A stretch of DNA of 64,000 bases. Origin: Antedon mediterranea (taxonomy: Eukaryota > Animalia > Echinodermata). Made by a program: the position numbers and the translations under genes. The stretch is from contig NC_092679.1 of the NCBI RefSeq assembly GCF_964355755.1, positions 15,917,432 through 15,981,431 of the forward strand, given 5' to 3'. The notes under the pieces are model-generated. The model was not told the DNA's origin. It saw only the letters and a program-made list of their open reading frames with translations, and ran no database searches. Each line of letters opens with the position of its first letter. The stretch's first letter is position 1. Below are positions 37,541-47,611 of the stretch, in pieces.

Positions 37541-38977
37541 TCAGTCAGTCAGTCAGTCAGTCAGTCAGTCAGTCAGTCAGTCAGCCAGTCAGTCAGTCAG
37601 TCAGTCAGTCAGCCAGCCAGTCAGTCAGTCAGTCAGCCAGCAACTGAATTATACACTATTCATACATTAAACTGAATTGTTGGTTTCAAAATAAACAAAA
37701 CATAAATAAATAATTACCTTGCCCCTTTGACCAAGAGACTGTCGTAGGCATAGTATTAGCAGGTTCTGTAGATGCACTTGGTTGGGCTAGGTTAATCAAT
37801 TTGTCAAAGAAAATTTGTCAAAGAAATGTGTTAACAACATTAATAAATCTACAGAAATACCTGTTCTTTACACAGATAGCAGATAGCATTTTTTTATATT
37901 TAAACAAAAATACATATAGCAGTATATATAATGCATCAGTAGCCGAATGTTAATAAAGGTGCAGGTAAAGCTTACAGTGAATAATGAAAAAAAAACAAAA
38001 CAAAAACATTTTCAAACAAGATGAACACATGACAAAACAAGTATAAATACATAATACATATATGACAAAATAAGTAAACATACATACAAAACAAAACAAG
38101 TATAAATACATGAGAAATGATGTAGTTTTTAATAGGCATAATAGCATGTTGTTTTTAATTTGTTTTTTAATGCAAAAAGTACTTTAATGAATAAATCAAA
38201 AGAAAATAAAAAACATGGCAAGTAGACAGGGTTTTGTCAAGAGATACTGCAAACAAAGCATATTTTCTATTTTGTTTTCTACCACATATACTTACCAATG
38301 CAAAATACATTTAGTACACTATAAATATAGAAAAAAAAACAATTCAAATTATTAATTAACAAAAAATGGACTAAAAAAGTTAATTGAAACAAAAGAAATT
38401 AGAAAAAAAAATTACCTGGTGCATCAGTGGATGGTGGCTGACAAAAAGCATCAAAGACGTCCATAACAGCAATCAACTGATCGTCTGAAAAATCCTCAAC
38501 TGATTTACCAAGAGGTTGAGTTTGACTCTGAGAATGTGATGTCTGATGTCTAGTTGGTCGGTTTCTCCCGAGGCGTTCTTTCTTCTTCATAGCTATGGCT
38601 TCTTTGCCCTCAGGAAAAGACTCCAAGTACTTCTTGAACTTGAATTTGTTCAAACTGAGCGGACTCGTACTCGGAGCTTCGTTTGACATCTGGGTCACCA
38701 AATATGCAGCGTATCCAAGAACATTTTCGACTATCCACTTGAATGATTGCCCTTGGTATTTGCCGAGCTGAAGTTTGTAGCAACCCAAAATATCACATTC
38801 GTCTTTGGTGTCTCCTCCCAGAATGCGTACTTCCTTCAAGGCATCTTGATGTACTTCATCAGGAAGTAGGCATTTGCGATTCGATTGCTTTTTGGACCTG
38901 CTGAATACTTCTGCAGCAGTTGTATCACCCAGACTCAGGACACCCTTCTCATTCCGCTGAAAGATTGGTCGCAACAT
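33352..38977 (-). CDS. Dada-type DDE transposase, 8 coding exons, 1264 aa, no stops or frameshifts
   Basis: Exons 38977-38416, 37786-37718, 37422-36626, 36380-35585, 35351-34846, 34611-34352, 34244-33993 and 33904-33352. All GT-AG, phases join (3795 nt). Motifs: CTRPGC..ECPNC zinc finger, KIDSTKK (D), YVDRDCC (D), RLDIWH (MuDR-like DxxH), GSTSLESFH (E), and C-terminal CSQC...H...WYC. Confidence 0.88.
37503..37641. repeat. Compound (CAGT)n/(CAGC)n microsatellite in transposase intron 2
   Basis: Directly visible. Confidence 0.95.
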
Positions 38978-39277
38978 CTCCAAACCTGCAAGACTTTAAA
39001 AAAAAACAGATCACGTGCAAAAATGTATGTGAACAAAGTAAGTATAAACAAAAGAAATGTTACCGTAAATATTGATGACTCGGTGAAAAGCCAGTTGAAG
39101 TGAATGCTAAGTGGTAAAAAGAGAAAATATAGATTACTTTTAGAGCTACCACATAATTTATAGCTCTAGCTTAAATGAAAAATTGTAAGTAATTTAAAAA
39201 TAAACTACTTTCTTTTGTCATTGTTGGTGCACCATGAATTTGGGTGCAATAAACTCTGGTAACAATTATTATGTGTG

Positions 39278-39935
39278 ACCTTGATATAAAAACACATTGA
39301 ATATTTATTCAATTATTATTATGTTACTAATACTAATTAAATTATTACATAAAGCTACTTCTATTATAAAACATATTTATAAAAGGTTAATAATTGTATA
39401 AATTGATTCTACCTTACAGTCACTAAATTAGATATTAGTAATGTTATATAAACTTTGCAGAAAAAAAATGGTGTTTACAAGACTTATGTGATAGTAATTA
39501 GAATTAAATTCTAGGGATTAAGATAACTTGATACATGACAGCTGTCTTTGTTTACATACCTTGCCTAGCCTATGCCCAAAGTTTATGAGGTGTAGGTATA
39601 TAAGACCTTGATATAAAAACACATTGAATATTCATTTAATTGTAAAATGTTAATAATACTAATAAAATCATTACATTAAAAGCTCCTTCTATTCTAAAAC
39701 ATAATTCTAAAAGGTTAATTAATTGTAGCCTATAAATTGATTGTACTTACAGTCACTAAATTAGATGTTAGTAATGTTATATAAACTTTGCAGAAAAAAT
39801 GGTGTTTACAAGACTTATGTGATAGTAATTAGAATTAAATTCTAGGGATTAAGATAACTTAATACAGGACAGCTGTCTTTGTTTATATTCCCAAAAGTTT
39901 ATGAGGTGTAGTCATGAGATAAGACCTTGAATATT
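39278..39935. repeat. ~325-bp tandem duplication in the transposon 5' intron
   Basis: gaccttgatataaaaacacattgaatat at 39278 and 39604, followed by long near-identical sequence; a third gaccttga starts at ~39923. Confidence 0.9.
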
Positions 39936-40717
39936 TAACTAACTGCATTTACTTAATACACTACATTCAGATATTCAGATAAGATAATATTTATTTAGAT
40001 AATAATGAATGAATATATACAAAATAGAAAAAAGTTATTAAAGTGAACATATAGATAAAGCAGTAATTGATAGTCATTATTATCATGGATCCCTTATAGA
40101 AGTTAAAAACTTGTCTCGTAGGGACCCACAACAAAACACATTACTAAAAAAAAATAAATAAACCTAGAATATATAATTATATAATTTAGGATAAAAAATT
40201 ACAGTATAATAACATAACTAACATCTTCTTTATAAAAATTATTTAAATTATATTTCAATAGTTTCATATAAATGAAATAAATTACATTAAAAACAAATTA
40301 ATAAACAAAAACTAAATAAACAATAACAGGAGAAGAACACTTTCAGTCTGTCACATATAGACTAGGCCTAACTTCTATCTATTCTAGCCTAGCTAGGCCT
40401 CTTTTCCTCCTAGCAGCTAACTAAGAAAAACGGCCTATTTTATCATTTTAATTTAATTGAATTTGTAGGCAAACAAAAATATGACAAAAAATACACTAAC
40501 AGAAAACAATTAACAGAAAACAACGCCCACAATGTATTAATTTTTTTTAAATTAACTAATTAAGGCGACGAACTCGGCCGTACTAGGCCTGGGCGCGGCC
40601 GACAGCCAGGCCGCGAACGTGCATCGGGACCGATAACACGTCTCTCGCGGAGCTGATCATATATTTGGCCATACTTTAAACGCCCGTTTTTTGACTAAAA
40701 TCAATTTTTTTTCCTAC

Positions 40718-41045
40718 CTTGAATACAAGCAAACGGTTGCAGGATACTACAGCTTCTAGATGATGACCTCAAATAGGATTGCGCTTAGAAAAACGATTGA
40801 ATTTAGAGAGCGTTTAGAACGAGATGTTGTCACAGATAAATCTGATCAAAATCTCAAAGAAAAACCTCGCGGTCCCCTCAATCTCAACTTTCTAGTTGCA
40901 TTACGTCACTCTTCAGCGCTCCGATAGGTTAACAATTGAAACACTGACTTTCCATGATCGTGATCTGATTGGTCAATAACCTGTTCAATTTGCCGTGAAC
41001 GTCTGCGATTGGTTAACAATTGAAACATGAATTGAAACAATAAAC
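40718..41045 (-). promoter_or_regulatory. Probable transposase promoter and non-coding exon 1
   Basis: Minus-strand donor AAG|GTAGG at 40718 can join the acceptor at 38985. CRE-like ttacgtca (~40901) and CCAAT boxes (gattgg at ~40967 and ~41007) lie just inside the right end. Confidence 0.5.
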
Positions 41046-41067
41046 CTTGCATAATGGGTTAAAGTGA

Positions 41068-41109
41068 GCAAGGATGACACGCAAAATCGTGAAGCGTTCC
41101 ATATTTTTT
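41068..41109 (+). ncRNA. RNU6: U6 snRNA, 3' part with Pol III terminator
   Basis: GCAAGGATGACACGCAAAATCGTGAAGCGTTCCATATTTTTT matches canonical U6 from nt 67 to the end. Confidence 0.97.
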
Positions 41110-41549
41110 AATTTGTTTAAATCAATTTAATGTTTTTTCCCCCAAAAAATAACAAAAAATGAAGTTAAATAACTATATAATAGGAAACTACCAAATCGTA
41201 ATTAAAACGGTTTATATTATCTGTTTTTTACTAATATATTCATTAAATATTTATAATAGTCCATATATTATTGATATGTTCTTATTTTAATAAAGAAAAG
41301 TGATCAGGGAGGTAGTGGTTTAATTCGCAAATTTCGTTCATCGTTTTGAAACAAAGTTATGGAGTTGAAATGACTTATATGTATTTAAACCAACCTTTAT
41401 TAAAGACTAGCATATTTCGATTAATAAAAAGTAATTTAAATTAGAAATAATTCGTTATATATCTTAAATAAGACGTGAACTTAATAGTTCTTTCAAAATA
41501 TATAAAACGTTTTTGATGGAAGAGGGCGAACTATATTTTTCAGTCATAG

Positions 41550-41845
41550 TACGACGGGAACTATTGAACTATGATTATCAATAGAGGGGGTAGTTGTCTT
41601 TTTTTATACCATCATAATAATTTTAGAAATTTTTATTGGACTATTGTACAAATTAATTTGTATAAAAGTAAGTAGCGACATTTCTATGATATGAGGATAT
41701 TGCATAGCACTATCTTTAAAGTATTTTATGAATAATAAAGGTGTATATAAATAAATAAAAAACACGATCCTCCAAGTTTAAAAAAAAACCACAACTACCC
41801 CCTCTATTGATAATCACATTGGCAGTGCAATAGATTCCGTACTGA
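41550..41845. mobile_element. Degenerate MITE-like inverted-repeat element
   Basis: tgattatcaatagagggggtagttgt (~41572) is inverted at acaactaccccctctattgataatca (~41791); weaker outer arms. Confidence 0.6.
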
Positions 41846-42090
41846 TGATAAAGTGTGATGACCTGCTTGATTCGGAAGCGCGTAGCACACAAGTGACGCG
41901 CGCGACATTACTTCCGTTTTATGCACCACATTACATAATGAAAAACATTTTCTCAGGATGACACAGATGATTTACAAATCTAACAATGTTGTTTACAAAT
42001 ATTTGATATAATAAAAAATAATTTCTGAGAGTTGTTTTGTAAGAAAATAATATTACTGTACTTTAATTTATTGAATGCATACTGTGAAGG

Positions 42091-43841
42091 TACGGTGGCC
42101 CACAACTGTCACGCACACTATATAAATCATATTCACACAATTAAAGAAGGAATCACACAATTAAAGAAGAAATCACACAATTAAAGAAGGAATCGCATAT
42201 AAACAAAAGAAAGCATGAAAATATAAAACGAAATGCACAAATAAAGAAGAAACGCGCAATTAAAGAAGAGCTAAGCACAATTAAAGAAGTCCGCAACAAA
42301 TTCGAAAGCTCCTCGCACAATTAAAGAAGTTCGCAACAAAATCAAAAGCTCCTCGCACAATTAAAGAAGTCCGCAACAAATTCGAATGTTCCTCGCACAA
42401 TTAAAGTACAGTAGTCCGTATGGAACGCCATCGCTGCCTCCGGCAGCAAGCTTTAATTCTATTACGTTCGGCTCTTTTACCATTCGGCGCTATTCGGCCC
42501 ATTTACCATTACGTTCGGCTCTTTCAGCATTCGGCGCATTTCTATTTGGCCCATTTACCATTACGTTCGGCTCTTTCAGCATTCGGCTCTTTTTTATTCG
42601 GCCCATTTAACATTGCGTTCGGCTCTTTTTGATTCGGCCCTTTTATATTCGGCTCTTTCTGCATTACGTTGGGCTCTTTTTAAATCGGCATTTTTTTATA
42701 TGGCGCAATTAAAATCTAACCTTTGACATGGGTCAAATGGAAGAAAATCAACGACTGGAAATGATTCTATGAAAAGTTTACAAACATTTCATCATCATGG
42801 CGCCAACCATGAGTAGCCAACCGATTAAAGATGTGTTGAATAACCTAAAATTAATTCATCTTTTAACAAATTTTGAGCGAGAAAGGGTAAATTATTATTA
42901 TTAAATGTTAGGCTGACACTAGGCTAGGCCTAGCTAGCCTATGCCATAAATCAACCTTTTCTCTCTCAAAATGGTCAATAAGGTGGGACAATTGCAACTT
43001 CTCTAACACATTAATCATGTCAATAACATGATTAGTCATATTGAAATAGCCTTCAAATTCATTTAATTCAACCAACCAAACACTCTACATGCTGCATCTA
43101 TTTGTTTTGTAAACTTTTCATAGACTCATTTCCAACCGTTGATTTTCTTCCATTTGACCGCATGTAAAAGGTTAGAATTTAATTGCGCCGTATAAAAAAG
43201 GGCCAAATCACTAAGAGCCGAACGTAATGCAGAAAGAGCCGAATAAAAAAGGGCCAAATCAATACAGAAAGATCCGAACGTAATGGTAAATGGGCCAAAT
43301 AGAAATGCGCCGAATGCTGAAAGAGCCGAACGTAATGGTAAATAGGCCAAACAGAAATGCGCCGAATGCTGAAAGAGCCGAACGTAATGGTAAATGGGCC
43401 GAATAGAAATGCGCCGAATGCTAAAAGAGCCGAACGTAATAGTAAAAGAGCCGAATAGAATTAAGTTTGCTGCCGGAGGCAGCGATGGCGTTCCATACGG
43501 ACTACTGTACTTTAATTTGTTGCGGACTTCTTTAATTGTGCGAGTAGCTTTCGAATTTGTTGCGGACTTCTTTAATTGTGCGAGGAGCTTTCGAATTTTT
43601 TGCGGACTTCTTTAATTGTGCGAGGAGCTTTCGAATTTGTTGCGGACTTCTTTAATTGTGCTTAGCTCTTCTTTATTTGTGCATTTCGTTTTATATTTTC
43701 ATGCTTTCTTTTGTTTATATGCGATTTCTTTAATTGTGCGATTTCTTCTTTAATTGTGTGATTCCTTCTTTAATTGTGTAATTCCTTCTTTAATTGTGTG
43801 ATTCTGTGTTATAGTGTGCGTGACAGTTGTGGGCCACCGTA
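42091..43841. mobile_element. Foldback non-autonomous DNA transposon (IS3EU-like) with ~700-bp arms of tandem subrepeats
   Basis: Termini TACGGTGGCCCACAACTGTCACGCACACTAT / inverse; flanks gtgaag(g) and gtgaag(a). Arms are built of cacaattaaagaag and ttcggc subrepeats. TAYGG termini with ~6-bp TSD are recalled as IS3EU features. Confidence 0.75.
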
Positions 43842-44559
43842 GTGAAGAGAAACATCGCGATTTCCAGTTTCTAAAAACAAATAGCTAGCTAATAGTACTG
43901 GTATAAAAAAGAATTAAACTTGAACTGAAGTACAAATATACAGATAAGATGAAGTTTATTTCATCTTTCACAGGAAATTCCTTAAATGATGAGTTTGACA
44001 AACTTAACTAACAATAAGAAGTAAATACATCGACAGATTATGTCTGAAAATGTTCATATAGGCCTAACATCGTATTCCCGTAAGGATAAACAAATTAATT
44101 AATTAAAGTAAATTAATTTACTTGTATTCCAATCCAGTTCGTAAATTCACAGAAACTGAAATTTGATTGAAGTTAAGCGGATTTGGGTTATTATTTCATA
44201 ATTGATATTTATATTGACTCAATATATGTCATAATTTGTATATGGTGTGACTCTCGTATCCTGGTTGAGCGGTGTCCTTTGATAAAAAGCTTTTCCACAT
44301 TCCTAAAATAACTCCTCCTTTTTCAACCCACTTTTTGTGTCAATGTCAATGCGGATTGATATTCCTGCTTACAATAAAGCAATAAGTTGTGAAAACAAAA
44401 ACAAAATTACATTTATTCGTCACGATTAAAATACTAAACTTAAAATAAATGATTTTTATGTTTTGTAGGAATCTATTTATTAATCTATTACATTTGAAAT
44501 AAAATGATGTTATATTGAAAAAGAAGTAGATCCTTTGAGGCAGAATATGAGTACACAGT

Positions 44560-44750
44560 CTGAGCACAGGATAGTAGTATAGAGGATTCCCCAGTGGTGG
44601 TGTGTGGTGGTTAAAGTCGAGTCTGCTAAGCTAGCCTACCGAATCCTGTGTCATATGTTTGTTTACATTGTTTGTTTAATAAATTGAAATATTTATATGA
44701 ATATCCTTTCCATAGGACTATTTATTTGAAAGCGGTGGAAGGTAAGGGTG
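44560..44750 (+). promoter_or_regulatory. Candidate non-coding first exon of the PTPN14/21-like gene
   Basis: GC-richer block ending in a strong donor GAAG|GTAAGG (~44742); the downstream acceptor tttttag| at 47557 precedes the ATG. The link is inferred. Confidence 0.4.
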
Positions 44751-45148
44751 TTGTTGTTTTGTGTTAATTACGTCGTATTCCTCTTTTAGTTGCTGTCTTG
44801 TCTAAAACAAGCCACGCTAACTAACTAAGCTAGGCCCGGAGGAGTCCTTGATTGATGATAAGTGTTATGTTAGCCGAGCTGGCTTGCGCCCCGTGCTTAG
44901 TATGACATAAAGACTTAGTCTAGGCTTAAATACAAGTCCTCGCTGGTAAGATACAACGGCATTTCATAGGAATACTGCATGCATAAACACATTTACTCTA
45001 AATATATATCATTTTAATTGTTGGTTCGCTTTCAAAATAACATTAATTATTATAGTATTATAGTACTGAGTATTTTTATTAATAAGTTATTTTTAGATTT
45101 AGGCTTACGTACAGTAGTATCTGTCCTACTGTATATAGGCCTAATAGT

Positions 45149-45833
45149 ATTAGAAAGCCACTCCGAGAGTGCATACCTCCGCCTACTGGAAAATTCTCCT
45201 ACATCAGATTTCTCCGGTAAAAAAATATATATATGTATTTGTGTGTGTCTTAATGCTGTTTGTGATTTACGCTAATTTCACTACAAGCATGTGTATGCGA
45301 GTTTGGTGTAATGGTTATGTAACAAGCCTTTCAATTAACAATAGCTTCAGTTGAGTAACAATAGAACAGCAACGCGAAAATCAAACAAGTGAATTTGAAA
45401 AGAAATAGGTTTTGTAAACTACTTGCATCAAAAAACGTGCACATTAAATCAAATTATGTTTTACAATTACAAATCACAAATTATAACTCTTGCCTCTTGT
45501 ACAAAAATGAAGTTTTTTGGACAAGTAGTTCTCGAGAAAATTCAATTTGAGTTTACTTGTTACTTTAAGACTGCTCGCCGGCTTTTGAAAAATTCTGTCC
45601 TATCTTTTTAACACTAGCAGGTCTGAAAAGTATACTAAAAAGTGGTCCAGAATTGGGACCGTGGTCGGAAATGGTCCCAAAATTTTATGGAATGGTCCTT
45701 AACCACATATCTATCTGTACATTCATTTTCGTAAAGACCTTGTAATTACTTTTTGAGTAATCCTGCTAACAAACAGATAAACAGACAGACAAACACACAC
45801 GATCGATTACATATACCTCCTTGGCGAGGTAAA
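45149..45833 (+). mobile_element. Non-autonomous Helentron-type (HINE/DINE-1-like) element
   Basis: 5' end a[t]tagaaagccactccgagagtgcatacctccgcc; 3' end has an (ACAG)n/(AC)n microsatellite and then hairpin tacctccttggcgaggta. Confidence 0.65.
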
Positions 45834-46225
45834 TGATGGTATAGCAACTTAGAAGTCATGTATGTAAGGTATTGGTTTTTTTTATGAATGTTTTGAATGA
45901 TTTTTTGAGTCCTCTATCAGAAAATGGTCTGTATATAGCTACAGATGCATTTACCCTGATTGAAATTAAAGTCCATCCTGGCCGGCAGCCTGGTACATGC
46001 CTGCCTCACAGACATGGTATCTATACAGACATGTATACAGTAACTGTGCCTGCAATTCTGTTTATTATTCAACGTTATGATTTTTTTCATCTACTGTATT
46101 ATCCAAATCAGAACTGTCAAAAACAATGTGTTTTTTTATTTCATAACGTGTAATGTTTAATAATACTGGTATATTGGTAGAATAAGAAGGGTAGACCACC
46201 CAACCAGCAGTTTGTTGGGTTTACC

Positions 46226-47028
46226 CAAAGAATATATCACCAGGGAATGAATAATCCCCGAATTTTGCATTATAAATTTGTAACAGAGAGTGATGCCCGC
46301 CTTCATAAAGGCGGATGTATACAGACTAAATAAAACTTGATTTTATAGATTATACATGTCACATTAAATAGAATTATGATATATAATTTTGCAATTGTAA
46401 ACTATTTTATAATACATATTTAATAACAAACTACTGTAGTGTACATTCACTACTAAAGAAAATTATTTACTAACATGCTAAATTAGTTCACAAATAAAGG
46501 CCAAATAGCAACAAAAAAAATCAACCAAATTTACTCAGCATGGCCTGTTCTTTGTTATTGCCGCGTACTAATCGACGGCCGTTAAATTAAGTAATGTTTT
46601 TATGATATAAATTGGTATAAAATACATTATTAATAGGATATACAATGTTAAATTTAATTACCTGTAGTATTTATTTTTTTTACCAGAAACAAGTTAAATA
46701 TAGAAATATTATTGAACTATCTTTCGCGTAAACAAAAACATGCCCGGTAGCACGCTGTTAATGAAGCGAACTGTTTATTCGGCAATTTTTTTACTAAATA
46801 AATTGCATGAAACGAACAATTAAATATTCAAACAGCATTTAACATGTTGGCATACAGTTAATAACATTTTTTATCATGAAAACATTACAGGTGGTCCAGG
46901 CTTAGATTAGTGTAACCGTTACAAAAAGGTGTATACATCCTGACTTACTGTATAGCGGCGCCCTACCGCATGGACAATATTACTGTTACAGCAAAAACCG
47001 TGGAATACTAATCTTGTATATTTTTTTG
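46226..47028. mobile_element. Non-autonomous P-like element, copy 2 (inverted relative to 6220-7050, more decayed)
   Basis: Colinear reverse-complement similarity to copy 1 over ~800 bp; CAAAG...TTTG termini; TSD gtttacc / gtt(t)tacc. Confidence 0.8.
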
Positions 47029-47611
47029 GTTTTACCACAATATTTATGGTATGCAGCTGAGAGCTCTGTAAAAGTGGGGTTAATAGCATATACTGTAGTA
47101 CTGTACAGTACCTATAAAATTCCTGTATTTCTCAATAACTGTCCTAATCAGTACTGTTTTCTGATTGGTCAATTATTTTGGCATGTCCAAACCTGTCCTA
47201 CCTTTCTCTTTACTGTGGTTGGTTGATACCAATAATACTATACAGTATATTTTGTATCCTTGACTTATGAAAAAAGATATTTATTTTGTAAATCTGGATG
47301 GAGAGATTATCTTACCACTTTCCTATAGGAACTGCGTTACTACACATCTAAAACTGAATTGTTGGAAATGTACAGTATGTCCATAATATTAACCTGCTCT
47401 AGTGACCAGCACAGTAAACTTCAAAAGTATTTTACTTTCACATAAAATTCTCAGTTCTGTTGTGGTTACAGAACATTTAACAATTAACCACCAACATGTA
47501 CAAACTTTCTGAAGATGTGTTTGATTTTCAACAGATGTTTAATTTCTTTTTTTTAGGTAAAAATGAATTGCAATTACAAAGGATTTAGAAGGAAATAATT
47601 AACAATTCAAA

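Larger units (their letters stand above)
32275..41067 (-). mobile_element. U6-targeted Dada-superfamily DNA transposon (~8.8 kb), apparently autonomous
   Basis: Sits exactly between the two halves of U6, with GCAAGGA repeated at both junctions (32268-74, 41068-74). No TIRs; subterminal TCTTCTCTG motif; encodes a spliced DDE transposase. Fits the Dada-U6 description (Kojima & Jurka 2013). Ends are uncertain by a few bp. Confidence 0.9.

Noticed and set aside
33352-38983. Separate genes for the ORFs of 189, 82, 241, 277, 313 and 194 aa
   Set aside because: They are exons of one spliced transposase; their hydrophobic F/I/L-rich ends are intron read-through.
42130-43800. CRISPR-like appearance of regularly spaced short repeats
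   Set aside because: The spacers are themselves repeats, the array is mirrored as inverted arms, the context is eukaryotic and no cas genes are present.
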